DNA from: the human T2T-CHM13v2.0 reference genome, Homo sapiens
DNA length: 64,000 nucleotides
Direction: 5' to 3' (one strand)
NCBI RefSeq assembly: GCF_009914755.1
Contig: NC_060933.1
Position numbers and translations under genes: made by a program. Positions 1-19,074 of the stretch are shown here, piece after piece. Positions within the stretch are counted from its first letter, which is position 1. Each line of letters opens with the position of its first letter. A model generated the notes under the pieces. It worked only from the letters and a program-made list of their open reading frames with translations, was not told where the DNA came from and made no database searches.

Positions 1-269
1 AGGACCCTGAGGGCCATCCACAGAAGAAGTGGGCCAGGTTGCGGGTCAGGCCTCGGTCGAAGGGGTTGCTGGGGCGCTGGCGGAGATAGGCGATGCGGTG
101 TGAGGAGATGAATTCCCAGGTGGTGGTGTTGCTGGCCACCAGGTAGAGGTGCGAGACGAGGAGCAGGCTGGCCACCAACGAGAAGAGGGACAGCAGCAGG
201 AAGGTGGCGAACAGGAGCCCGCTGGACCGCAACCACAGACCCCAGGGCTGGAAGAACCGGAGGCCTGAC
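1..269 (-). CDS. ZDHHC12: ZDHHC12 exon 5 (partial, continues past window start)
   Basis: cgcag|G TCA GGC; [26 protein letters not shown]...NTTTWE (TTxE motif)...NPFDRG...FFCGWPSGS; phase matches exon 4. Confidence 0.95.
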
Positions 270-417
270 CTGCGGTGCAGGGGACAGGGGCCTGGTGCTG
301 GGGGAGGGCAGGGGAGCCCTTCCCTCCCCATGCCGGGTCCCTGGGAGTCCTGGCTCTGTCCACCCCTGTGGGAGCATTCATCCCACCCTCCCTCTACACC
401 CGGGCAGCAGCACCCAC

Positions 418-584
418 CATGCCAGGTACAGGCCCCACAGAAGCACCACCAGCTGCAGCGCCAGGTAGACCACAAAGAGTGGGTGGTTGCGCTCTCCCAC
501 ACAGTTCTCCATCCAGGGGCAGTGGTGGTCGTAGCGGCGGACGCAACGGCGGCACTCACGGCAGTGCCGAGCCCTCAGGGGCTG
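418..584 (-). CDS. ZDHHC12: ZDHHC12 exon 4 (DHHC cysteine-rich domain)
   Basis: cacag|CAG ... GCA TG|gtgggt; 167 nt; [34 protein letters not shown]; DHHC codons at 530-519. Confidence 0.97.
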
Positions 585-775
585 CTGTGGGCATGGAGGA
601 GAGTGGAGGCTCAGTGCCAGCCCTGCTGTGGGCCCACCACTGAGGGAAGGAATCAGGGCCTGATTCTGGAAGGCCTTCTTGGAGGAGGGGCGAGGCCCAG
701 GCAGTGGGGCAGGAGGAGGTCGAGGAGTCTCAGCTTTGGCCCAACCTCTCCCACGGGTGTCCGTGCATCACTCAC

Positions 776-853
776 CAGCACCAGGCAGTATCTGCAGCGC
801 CGAAGAGGGATGGCTGGAGGAACCATGGCTGTCTGCTCCTCTTTGAGCTCCTC
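776..853 (-). CDS. ZDHHC12: ZDHHC12 exon 3
   Basis: ttccag|GAG ... CTG|gtgagt; 78 nt; [26 protein letters not shown]. Confidence 0.96.
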
Positions 854-1204
854 CTGGAATGAGGGGTGGGGTGTAAGACAGGGTCCCCTTGGGAGACAGA
901 TGGCATTGGCGGGCAGCTCCCCTAGGGGCCGGCTTAGCTCTGGGTATGGAGTTTGGGACCCATCCCATGCAGAATGGAGGTGTGGGGTATGGCGGAGCAC
1001 CCTGGACTGAGGGCGGCTGTGTATGTTTGCAAGTCTCTTCCTTCTCTGGGGCCCAGCAGTTTCCTCACTACTGTAGATGGGGCTCTAGGGGTGGCAAGAG
1101 GAGTCACTGAACTGCTCCCACAAGAGCCTGCAGCACAGAGCCTGGCATGGAGACTGGTGCTGGTTGTTAGGTCCCTGTTGGTGAGAGTAGGGGCCCCTGG
1201 TTAC

Positions 1205-1341
1205 CTGAGGCTGGGGCTGCACATTCACGTAGCCAGGGTCCATGAGTGACACAGCGAGGTAGAGCAGCAGGGAGCCCAGCACCAGGAGCAGGAAGGTGAG
1301 GGGCAGGAGCAGCTCCCCCTGCTCCTCCCATTGCCGCAGCT
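1205..1341 (-). CDS. ZDHHC12: ZDHHC12 exon 2
   Basis: ctccag|AG CTG CGG ... CCT CAG|gtaacc; 137 nt; [46 protein letters not shown] (TM segment plus DPG motif). Confidence 0.96.
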
Positions 1342-2699
1342 CTGGAGAGGCCGGAGAGCACAGTGAGGCTGGGCCGGGTAGAACAGGAGTGGGTGGGGTT
1401 GGGGTGCAGTTGGAGGTGGGGAAGTGTGTTCCTGGCTGAGCAAAGGCCTGGAGATGTTGGTTCCATGAGTGGCTGTGTGTGGCCAGCAGTTCATCTGCAC
1501 TTTTATCTGGAGGGTCAGAGGGAACCATGGAAGGTTATAGAGCCAGATCTGTTTTGGAAAACCTCATTGCTAAAGAAATGGATCAGGGGAAGCCTGGGGG
1601 CAGAGAATCTGGCCAGGAGGAAGAAGAGAGTCGCTACAAAGGCCTGGCAGGAAGTGAGGGAGGAAGGAATGGACAGGGGGCTGCTGGGTCAAGGGAGCCA
1701 GACCTGACTGGATGTGGGAGAGAGGGAAGAGGGGTCCAGCGTCTCTGGCTCTGCAATGGTGAGAGACTGGTTAGGTCTGAAATGCCTGAGAGAGATACAG
1801 TGGGAAGGGTGCAGCTGGCAGGCTCAGATGCTGCAGAGGGGCATACGGAAGGGTCCAGCAGGCTTCAGCCCAGGGAGGTGACAGGATTTTGGGGAGGTAG
1901 GGTGCAGGGCAAGGAGTGAGGGGGCATGAGACCACCAGACAGCAGAGTGTAGACAAATCCCGTGTCCCTTGGTTGTAAGGGGGAGCAGAGAAGAAAGGGT
2001 GGGTTTTGAGGGGGGTTTTCTGATACGGAGACCTGAGCAAGTTTTTAGGCTAAAGGGTGAAGGTGGTGGAGGAGGTCTGTCTTGGGAGGAAAGCCAGAAG
2101 GGGCCCCAGTCCAGAAACTGAGGCTGGACCGCCATGGAAGGAGGGCTGGGGTCTGCTGTGGGGGACAGTGGGGGAGGCTGCCTGTGGCAGGTGAGGCGCT
2201 GGGTAGGGGGCTACTAAGAGGAATGAGGGAAATGGAGGTGGGTGGGTGGGTGAATCTGTGGGAAGATGGGAGACAGGCCGCACCCCATGGAGTGTTCTCT
2301 GGCCTGAGGGTTTGCCTGGACTTGGGCAGCTAGTGGCCATGGGGGTGTGGGGGGTGTGGGTGTGGGCAGAATGCCAATCTTTGCATCTAGTTGAGCCTCC
2401 TAATCGTATGGATAGGAAGATTTGGGGTCAGTTCCTGGGAAGGATCATGTGGGTCCCAGGATCAGGGGACATGGGGCTCAAGTCGGTCCTTGGATCTGGT
2501 GGGCACCGGCTGGGTCCTGGGATGGACAGGGCATTTGGCAATGATCAGGAAGATGCTGGGATTAATTAGGGATCAACGGGGTATCAGACAGAGAGCAGGT
2601 GGCTCTTGGAATGATAGATGGGGAGAGGGCTTCAGGAGCTGGTGGAGATCGGGCCAATCCCAGGATCTCCAGGGATTAGGCGGGAGACCCAGTGTGACC

Positions 2700-3260
2700 A
2701 GAACGTCTGGGGAAGTACGCGGGATCGGGTGGGTCCGGGGTCGCTCGGGGTCCGGCTCACCGGTATCGTGCAGGAAGAGCACCAGCGTGATTCCCCAGGT
2801 CAGCACGGTGTGCCCGGTCCGCACCAGGACCCCAGGGCTGAGGAGCGCCCAGGGCGCCATCGCCTCGGCCCGGGGCCCCACCCGGAAGAAGCGCCCAGAG
2901 GGGCGGGCCCTCCGAGGGAGGGGAACGCCGCCGCCCGGGGACTGGTGGATCTAGGCGTTGGGCGGGGCCGGACTGGGTCAGGGAGGCTGCCTATTGGATG
3001 GCATCTGCGGCCGAATGGACCCTCAAGCCAACAGGTGCCTGAAGAGGCTGAGGGTGGGGCCGGCGCGCGCGCAGCTGGTAACTCCCTCAACTCCAGCCCC
3101 ACCCGCCAGGTAACTTTTGAAAGCGCCGGAGCGCGCGCGCACCTCCCCCGCGCTCCGCTGTGCCCTCCCCCGCGTTCCCCTGTGCCCGCCCTCGCAGCCT
3201 CGCGCATGCGCGTAGCTCCCTGGGCGCTTCGAAGATCCAGCGGCTTGCTGTGAGTCCGGG
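2700..3260. promoter_or_regulatory. Bidirectional CpG-island promoter of ZDHHC12 and a divergent transcript
   Basis: High CpG density; GC box GGGCGGGGCC about 2960; CCAAT (minus) 2993-2997; NRF1 palindrome GCGCATGCGC 3202-3211. Confidence 0.85.
2761..2860 (-). CDS. ZDHHC12: ZDHHC12 exon 1 (palmitoyltransferase; ATG at 2860)
   Basis: Encodes [33 protein letters not shown] plus 1 nt, then donor CG|GTGAGC; recognised N-terminus, within a CpG island. Confidence 0.96.
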
Positions 3261-3419
3261 AGGCAAAATTGTACCCATTTCAAAGATGTGATGACTAAAG
3301 TCTCGAGAGGGCCAAGGCTCGCCCAAGGTTGCTCTGTGGTGACAGCTTTACCTCCTTGCTATGTATTCTCAGATATTGCAAACGGACGAGAGAAAAGTGG
3401 AGGTACGTGGTGCACATTC

Positions 3420-3600
3420 TGACTATGGGTGATCCAACTTAGGCGGGAGTCAGAAATCCCAGCACTGCCCCTTCCTACCTGTGTGACCCTGGGCGAGTTA
3501 CTGAGCCCCTCTGAGCTGTTTTCTGTCTCTATAAGGGGGATTACAATAGTGTCTTCCTCCTAAGGTGTTTGGGAGGATTAAATAATGGAAGCGCCTTGTC
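3420..3600 (+). mobile_element. MIR fragment
   Basis: tgtgtgaccctgggcgagttact...cctctgagc...tctgtctctataagggg MIR core-like text. Confidence 0.6.
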
Positions 3601-3814
3601 TAGCACGGGACTGTCTTGCCTCTCCTGCTGTGAGCCACCACCTACAGGCGGACTTTCCTCACCGGAGGCTGCAGGCTGTCCTCCTTCCCTGTGTCCCCAG
3701 GGCCTTCTCCACTCAGCCCCGCCTTTCCACAGCACCTCCCACTGATACCAGCATCCTCCTCCGCCTCCCTCTGATTGGCCCCATCCCAGCTCCTCCAGGA
3801 TACTCCTCTGACAT

Positions 3815-4636
<822 letters not shown>

Positions 4637-5084
4637 ACTGGGTGCAGGATCTGATGTGCTCAGTGGGGACATCCAGCACATTATCCACTCAGCACATAAT
4701 TCTGAAGCTTCCGTGGGTTAGGCACTGTGCTAGTATCAAACATCCCAACACTAGTTCAAATAGTAAGGCCAGATTTTAATTAACAATATACTACTGATAG
4801 GGCGGAGAGCCCAGTGTGAACCAACTGAAACTTCTGTTTGTGCAGAGGTGACTGATGTTTTTTGTGGTTTTGGTTTTCTGCTTTCTTGAGATGGGGTCTC
4901 GCTATGGCCTCAAACTCCTGACCTGAGGCAATCTTCCCCCTCAGCCTCCAGAGTAGCTGGGACTGCAGGCGTGCTCCACCATGTCTGGCTTAAAGGGAGA
5001 ATGAGGGAGTGGAGGGAAACGGTGAGGGCTTCAGCAGAATAAGGGAAATGAAAAATTCCAAAGGGTTGGTCATGGTAAATGTGA

Positions 5085-5696
<612 letters not shown>

Positions 5697-5989
5697 TAGC
5701 TTCCAAAGTAGCTGGGATTACAGGCACGTGCCACCACGCCTGGCTAATTTTTTAAAAATTCTTAGTAGACACAGGATTTCACCATGTTGGCCAGGGTGGC
5801 CTTGAACTCCTTACCTTGTGATCCGCCTGCCTCGGCCTCCCAAAGTGCTGGGATTACAAGTGTGAACCACTGTGCCCGGCCAGAGGTCACATTTCTTAGG
5901 GAGACTCAGTAAAATGGCTTTATGGTTTAGACATCCGTCTATTTTGGAGAGGTAGGTCATGTTTGAAGGTGCTGAGCGGCAAAATTAGT

Positions 5990-6402
<413 letters not shown>

Positions 6403-6633
6403 TGAGCCACTGTACCCAGCCTGGCCACAGGTTTTTAAAAGGAGAGCCCTCCATGTGCCAGGTTTTGTGCTGGGCTACAGCAGAGCCTTGATGTGGCTTG
6501 TTGCTCACAGTCCAGTGGGGGAGACGAGACAAGGCAATTTCAGCCCCATGAGATAAGTAGGTGCTGTGATGGGATGAGCAGGAACTAGAGTGTTCCTGAC
6601 ACAGGAAATGGCAAGTATCAGGCCAGCGAGCTA

Positions 6634-6960
<327 letters not shown>

Positions 6961-7412
6961 TCAGCCTGGGCAACAGTGAGACCTTGTCTGAAAAAAATAA
7001 AAAGTAAAGTCACTTCACCTCTCTGAGCCTCAGTGTCCTTGTCTGTGAAATGGATTATTGCCAGGGTTCTGAGGAAGCGGAAGGTACATGAAGCACTTAG
7101 CCCGGGGCCTGGGACACAGAATAAGGTTCAGCAGTGTTGGCTGCTGCTGGCAGGCACTGCCCTCATTCCCTCCGAGGCACAGACGACCCACCAGGGTTCT
7201 GAGGCAAACCACTTGATGCCCTTCCTGCCCAGGTCCTGTGGGTGGCCAGTGGCAGGGGGCTGTCAGCCAGGGGAGAGAGAGGCCAGGTCCAGGCCCTGCA
7301 GGGGGTGGAGAAGAGGGGACCTCGGCTTCACAGAGGCTGTGGGAGGAGTCAGTGCTCAGCTTCCAGAAATGCTTAATTGGGTCCTGATGCCCAGGCTTAA
7401 AACCTCACATAA

Positions 7413-7700
<288 letters not shown>

Positions 7701-8529
7701 TGATCCACCTCGGCCTCCCAAAGTGCTGGGATTACAGGCGTGAGCCACCGCACCCAGCCCACCATATCATTTCTTATTCCAACCAGGCAGCTCTTAAGGA
7801 TGACAAGGCACTGTTGATAGACGTGCGGGGACCACAGGTGTCAGCCAGGACGGCCCTGGGCCATGCTAGAGTCTGGGCACCTCACAATTTGGCACCAGCG
7901 ACTTCCTGGTCCCCTCCCACTCTACCCTTGTTCCTCACGCTGCCAGGGCCACATGGGGCTGCTTCTCTGTCCACCCTGGCGGGACCCTCTGCTGAGGATG
8001 CACTTTTCCTCAGCCCCTCGGGCCAGGCCTGGGCAGCCTCCTTCTTTTCCCTGGGTTTGGCTCCACTCTGTCCTCTTGTAAGAAGCCTCCCAGACACATG
8101 GGGACATCGTGCTGGCTCCTCCCCCTCTCCCCAAAGCACTGTGGCCCAGCGGACTCCAAGCTTCCCTGACCCGCCTGCCCACTCCCATCCACTGGCAGGA
8201 GGCACCTCCTCCGCTGCCTTCTCCCTGATGGTGGCACAGAGTTGTAATCTTCTATTTGCCATCTGTCTCCCCCATCAGGCTGAGCCATCTTAGGCAGGCA
8301 CCCTGTTGGTCTGGTTGCCAGCTGTGTCCTCAGTGGGCACAGGGATGTGAAGAGAACACATAGGAAACAGGTACTCCAGCTCAGTCCCCTGCCACCTGTC
8401 CCCAGCCTGCAGCCCTTTAACCCACCAAACGCACCCCTCCCTACCACAGAACTACCTACACTGCAGCCCCCCTGCCAGGGGTGGCTCAAGCCCTGCTCCA
8501 GAGCCTGGAAGCCAGGCTAGCAATCCCCT

Positions 8530-8596
8530 CCACAAAAAAAGACGCTCTGTTTTCCATTTTGCACAAAAATGTATTTCTGTGACTTCCCAAAGTACA
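8530..8596 (-). terminator. ZER1: Predicted ZER1 polyadenylation site (UGUA, AAUACA, U-rich downstream element)
   Basis: Sense TGTA (8596-8593), AATACA (8575-8570), then gtctttttttgtgg about 30 nt downstream; no AATAAA seen between the stop codon and this point. Confidence 0.65.
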
Positions 8597-10100
8597 GACA
8601 TTTCCCCAGGCCCCAGGGGGTAAAGCAATGAGGTGTGAAGTCTGCCAGGGTCTGGCCGGGGCCGCTGAGCGTGGGAAGGAAGGGAGCGCCGCATGCAGCC
8701 CATCTGCCAAGCTGGGGGAACACAGGGCTGCGCCCACTTCCCAGGGCCGGGAGGGAGAGGCTCCAGGAGAAAAAGGCCAGGTGTCTCTCCCAAAGCTGCT
8801 CACCCCTGCCGTCCTGCCTGGAGGCAGAAATGCTAGGAACACCTGAAAACAGGCCCGCGGGAGGAAAAGGGAAGAAAAAGCCATCACCCAAAGGCTGCCT
8901 CCAGGGTTAGCGCTGCTCCCCAGGCCCCTGCGCTCCACAAGTGTCCGATGAGAAGCAATGCAGTGTCCATCGATGGAGGAGCAAGAGAGCCGGCGCCTCT
9001 CAGGCTTCCAAGGTAAAGCCTAGGGCAGGGCGGGACCGCCAGGGAGGCCCAAGCGGCCACTGCAGGGCAGTCCGAGTGCTGGTCTGGAGGCGGCTGTGTG
9101 GCCGTTGTGGGTCAAAGGCTGGCATGGGACCTCTGCCTCTGAGAGGCGTGGGGTCCTCTGGGCAGCGGGGCAGGCTGGGAGGAGGAGGCAGGCTCAGTTC
9201 TGCTGGTGGGAGCGCCTGGGCAGTTGAGGGCTATGGAGCGAGGAAGCAAGCCCCTGGCCCCAGAAGATGCTAGCTTCCAGGGCTGAGGGCAGGTTCTGGA
9301 TGTGTTTGGCAGAAGGGGCAGTGGAATCTGCCCCCGAGTTCTGACCATCCCTGGGCTGGGGCTTTCCACAGCCTGGGACCTGGTGGGAGACTAGGAGGCA
9401 GCCTCCATAGCAGCGTGGCCTCAGGCAGGCCTGGCTGGACAGCAGCAGGGCCACTGGGTGCCCTGCTCCTAGAGGGTCTTCAGGGGCAGGGCTGCCTGGA
9501 CCTCAGCCTAGGAATGGCTCACTTTCCTGCCCCAGATGGCCCACAGCCGGGAGCACCAAGGCTTTTGGGAGACCCAGTGGGGTAAGTTCTAATCCCCAAA
9601 CCCCATCAGCTGTGCCCGGGAGCCAAGATGGCGTTCTCAGGCAGGGGCAGTGGGTCAGGATGCTCGATACGCTGTCCAAGGCCTGCTCCTCTCATGAAAG
9701 GAAGCCAGGCCGGGATCTGAGTTTCCTGGACAAGGACTGGACACTCACAGCGTTATAGGCATTTAGTCTGGTTGGGGTAGGAGTGTGTGTGTCAGCGATG
9801 AAGGCTGAGTGGGTTTGAGAATGGCCAAGGAAGCTGCAAGGACTCAGGAGTGTTGCTTTTGTTTTTGCACAGAAATCATACACACAAAACTTCACACTTC
9901 CTAACCAAAAAAAAAATATATATATATAATATATATATATCTCACTAACATTAAGGAAAAGCGTCGGTTGTGCAAAAGTCCCCCATGTCTCTTCACTCCG
10001 TGGGAGGCTCCCTCGGAAGGGGCCCGCCCGCTGGGCTGCTTGAGCATGCTTCCTCCCCGCCTGTGGTCCAGAGCGGTGGCGGCCATGGGGACGGAGGCCT
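8553..10100 (-). other. ZER1: ZER1 3' UTR (about 1.55 kb)
   Basis: Repeat-free stretch between the TAG and the predicted poly(A) site; (TA)-rich/U-rich block 9900-9940. Confidence 0.7.
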
Positions 10101-10158
10101 CTATCTAGACGTGTCCATGTTCTCCTCTTTAAAGTTACTGCAGTGCTCAATCACCTTG
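10101..10158 (-). CDS. ZER1: ZER1 exon 16 CDS (stop TAG 10103-10101)
   Basis: ctccag|C AAG GTG ATT...; KVIEHCSNFKEENMDTSR*; total CDS sums to 2301 nt. Confidence 0.95.
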
Positions 10159-11059
10159 CTGGAGACAATGGGGGAGACAGGATTGGAGGGTGGGCTTGGG
10201 TGGGGGTGAGCCCAGCCCCTCCGAGATCATTAGGCAGCTGGGTAAACACGTGTTCATAGTGATGGTGATGCTGACCGAATGATGTGGACAGAGGGGCTGG
10301 CAGAGTGGCTGGCATGTGCAGGGGACTCAGGGAATGGCACCTGTGGCCGTGAATGCCATCACCAGCCATCCTCCGCTTCCTTCCTTTCCATGCCCCTCTT
10401 CTCCCACCCCCAGTCCCAGGGCATCTGTGGATAGGGGGTCCCCAAATCAGCTCAGGCCCGACCTCCAAAACCCTTTGGAAGTTTCTTTAGCGACCTCTTC
10501 TTCATTTTCCCTGCACACTAGACCCTTCTCTTTCCAGAAGTCCACCAGTGGTCCCCAAACTGACTGCACATCAGATTCCCCTAGAGGCCCGGATCCAGTG
10601 GCAGGTCCAGGGTCGGGCAGGGGCAGCTGTGCTTGCACAAGGGCCCCCACTACCCTGTGGCAGCCAGGGCTCAGCACTCCAGCTCAGATTTCGAGTCTCG
10701 CCCGCCCCAGCCTGACCCCTGCCACCCATCACTGTTGGTTGTCACCTTGGACCCCGGACAGCTTGCCCATTCAACACCAAGCCTGTGGTTTGGGGGCTTC
10801 ACTGCAGCCTCTGTGTGTTAAAGGGATGCCCCAATACCTTTTAGGAAACAAATACCCAGAGTGGGAGAGAGGTCAGTGGACAGGCCGAGGGCCTTCTCCT
10901 AAGCATTGTCCAGGGTCATTTACTCCTTGCTGTCAGACAGGCCAGTGCCTCAGATTCCCATCACAGGCCTTGGAGAAATGTTCAAAGTGACTGTGGTAGG
11001 TAACTGGTCAGTCTTACCCAGTGCTTCTCAAATTTCCCGGGAATCCTTGTTAACCATGA

Positions 11060-11356
<297 letters not shown>

Positions 11357-12189
11357 TGACCTCAAGTGATGCACCCACCTCAGCCTCCCAAAGTGCTAGG
11401 ATTACAGGTGTGAGCCACTTCGCCTGGCCAGTAGCGCCTTTGGCCAGATATAATAGCAGAACCAGCTGACACTTCCCTCCCCTGGCCCAGGAAGTGGCTG
11501 GCTGAGGAGCCTCTGAGTTTCAGGCCCCTCCTCCATGTGAACTTTTGCTCTATACAGAGCCATGAAAAAGTGTGCTCGGGTCAGCTTGACTGTTCTCCCT
11601 TCTAGAATGAATCCTGGAGAAAACAAGGTCGTTCGACGATTTCGACACGTCGCATCCCTGAGAGTCTCTCGTGTCCTGATCAACTCGAGAACTGGAGGCG
11701 GTGACATTTTAGATGCTGCAGTGAAAGCCACAGAGCCACGGAAGGCCGAGACTCCACCATGTTTGTGATCTTCACATTCAGCAAACTCACTCGCACTCTG
11801 CCTCATCTTATCTCTAGAATGTATTTTACCACACTGTGTCCCTTCTTTAGTGGGAATGTCTTTGGCCAAAAATAATGAATAGTTCTGACCTGACTTGCTA
11901 ATACCCAGTGATAAAAGGATGGAATTTGTTGGGAATAAAAGAAAACTAAGCTTACAAACGAGGGCCCTGATGCTCCGTTCCGAGCTTGGTCATCTAATTT
12001 CCAGCCACAATGTGGTCGAGATGACATTTGGAGAGGCCCCAGGTGGACATCAATACACTGTCAACCTCCATACTCAACTCTAAGCTGTCCCTGGGAATTT
12101 CAGCCATTCCTAACCTCCAGAGGGCGCCCGCTATGCCCTTACTCCCCTAAACCAAGGTTCCAGGCAGAAACACACTGCTGGTCTCTTAC

Positions 12190-12292
12190 CGGGCCATTTC
12201 CTTGGTCTCCTGCCGTGCGGTCGCCATCTTAATTATGTCCCTCAGAAGGGGCATCCCCCCTTCTTTGATCAGCAGAGGGCAGTACTTGTCCG
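12190..12292 (-). CDS. ZER1: ZER1 exon 15
   Basis: cacag|CG GAC ... GCC CG|gtaaga; 103 nt; PDKYCPLLIKEGGMPLLRDIIKMATARQETKEMAR. Confidence 0.95.
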
Positions 12293-12611
12293 CTGTGGGA
12301 TAGGAGCAGACAGCAGAGGATCAGGATGGGTCTTCTTATCAGCCCGAGGCCCAGAAACCCACCCTGTCTGTGAGGACTATCCTGGTGTCGGGGGTGTGAA
12401 GGCACAGCCCTTGGTGGGGGCAGTGCTAGAAATGGGGGCAAGACGTGGGCCCAGCCCCATGGGTGGGAGTTCTGCGTCCATGTAGGGGAGGCAAGAGGTG
12501 ACTCCTTGGTTTGAAGTTGCTGCATTTATTTCCAGAGCTCATTCTTTTTTTAAAAAAAAAATTATATATATATATATATAAAATATATAATCTTAAAATA
12601 TATATATATAT

Positions 12612-13216
<605 letters not shown>

Positions 13217-13671
13217 TGATCTGCCCGTCTCAGCCTCCCAATGTGCTAGGATTACAGGCATGAGCCACTGCACCCGGACTAATTTTTTTTTTTTTAAGTA
13301 GAGACAGGGTTGCGCTGTGTTGCCTGTGCTGGTCTCAACCTCTTGGGCTCAAACAATCCTCCCACCTCAGCCTCCCTAAGTGCTGGGATTACAGGTGTGA
13401 GCCACTATGCCTGGCCTCCAGCGCTCATTCTATGGAAGATGTCACCCAAACCAGTGAAACCAGTGGCTCCTAAAGATGGTGATCCTTTGAGGAATTTCTG
13501 TAAAAATATAGATTTCTAAGCCCTGTCTCTGGATATTCTTTTTCAACAAATCCAAGGACTAAGATTTATCTGTATTTTTACCAGGTGATTCTGGTGACCT
13601 GCCAGGTTGGAACCAGCTGATGGTATGTGTTTTTTTTTTTTTTCATGCAGACAGCATGGAGACTTTTATTT

Positions 13672-13830
13672 TACTTCTGGAGATGGGGGTCTCACTATGT
13701 TGCTCAGGCCGGAGTGCAATGGCTATTCACAGGCATGATCATAGGTCATTGCAGCTGGAAACTCCAGACCTCAGGCAATTCTCCTGTCTCGGCCTCCTGA
13801 ATAGCTGGTGTGCACCACTGAGCCCAGCAG
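13672..13830 (-). mobile_element. FAM (fossil Alu monomer) / 7SL-derived element
   Basis: Contains ggctattcacagg, a 7SL/FAM segment absent from dimeric Alus. Confidence 0.7.
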
Positions 13831-14115
13831 GCATGGAGATTTTGGACTGTTCTGCACATGGAAGCGGGAAGCATTAAGAAAGCTGTCTAGGAACTCTGCA
13901 CAGGTATTTCGCCTGCCAGGCCTGCTTCTGGTGATGAGGCAGGAGTGAGCCCTTAAGCTGGGTGTCCCACAAACGCTGGAAAGTGGAGGGTTCTGCTCTG
14001 AGGCACAAAAGCTGACAGCAGCAATTAATGCCCCCCTCCTGGACTACAAACTCCCTGAGGGCACATCTGCTTTCAGCTGGATGAGTGTCTGAACCCAGGA
14101 CAAGTTGGCACTCAC

Positions 14116-14213
14116 GGTAGACAGACACGAGGTTATACAGGGCCCAGGTTGCCCAGTGCTGGCTGACAGGAGAGATTCCCTGGGGAAGGAGGCGGAGAAT
14201 TGGTTCAAATGAC
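14116..14213 (-). CDS. ZER1: ZER1 exon 14
   Basis: ctgcag|G TCA TTT ... TAC C|gtgagt; 98 nt; SFEPILRLLPQGISPVSQHWATWALYNLVSVY. Confidence 0.95.
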
Positions 14214-14538
14214 CTGCAGGAAAAGAAATCAAGGTCACTGTGGATGCTGAGGGTGGGGAGTGTGTCTTTTCTTGTCTGAGGTTTCCTCCCACTGGAGAAT
14301 CCTAGTGACCAACCATGATAGGCTGGCAGGATGCCAGGGAGAAGGGACAGCTGGCCCTGCATCCCACTGGCAGGCTGCACAACAAGGTTCCCTTGGAGAG
14401 GATAAAGGCACAAGCACATGAGGGAGGCACAAGGGACCCAGATTAGGAGGAGCAGAAAGCTGGAGACCTCAGCAAGGAGCAGAGACCCAGCCTGTGGGGA
14501 AGAGGGGAGAGGCACCCTGGGAACAGAAGCACGTGTGA

Positions 14539-18385
<3,847 letters not shown>

Positions 18386-18707
18386 ACCTGTATGGTTTTC
18401 TGTTGTGTGTCTATTTTCTCCCCACCCCTCCCCACAAATCAGTAGGTATTAGTGGTTTGCAAAGAGCAGGCTTTGGGTACATGCAGATGTTGGCATGTAT
18501 GACAAATGCTCCAGGCTGCACGGATGAGATCGTGCCCTTATGTATGCTCTGTGCTGTGTGCGGCTACGTATCAATGAGTGAAAGCAGAACCCTACAGAAG
18601 ACCAGAAGGGAGGTGGGAGCTCTGAGCAGACCTTAATGGTATGAGCATCCTGCCCAGCACTTACCCCATATTCCACACCGCATCCCCGCTCCCTGCCCTG
18701 CCCACAC

Positions 18708-18896
18708 CTGTAATTGATGTTTCTCCGAGAGTTTATGTCCCAGCTCTGGATGGCAGCCCACATGCGTTCCTCCACCTCCTCACGCTGGGGCTCACAGACG
18801 CCCCAGGCCTCGGGTCCATCAAACATGATGTGGGAGAGGACGCCGCAGGCATTGTAGGAAACCTCGATCCCATCGGCCTTGCTCTCCAACAGGTTG
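18708..18896 (-). CDS. ZER1: ZER1 exon 13
   Basis: ggcag|C AAC ... TAC AG|gtgtgg; 189 nt; NLLESKADGIEVSYNACGVLSHIMFDG...NINYR. Confidence 0.95.
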
Positions 18897-19074
18897 CTGC
18901 CAGGAGAAAGACAGAAAAATGGAGTCCCACTCCCCCACTTTCTCTTCAGATACCAGCTGCAGGACCCCAACTTAAAACCAGAAGCAAGAGGTGCTACTTA
19001 TTTCTTTATCCCATATCGTCTATATACCCAGACTACTTCTAAAGGGATTTGAGGTCATTTAAGATATAATTACA

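Noticed and set aside
204-1010. 268-aa plus-strand ORF
   Set aside because: Antisense shadow of GC-rich ZDHHC12 exons and introns; no domain or splice support
2844-3250. 11-bp inverted repeat CCCTGGGCGCT flanking the promoter, so both directions encode APWAL; RSSGLL also recurs in ZDHHC12 exon 5
   Set aside because: Too short in very GC-rich DNA and does not extend; most likely chance
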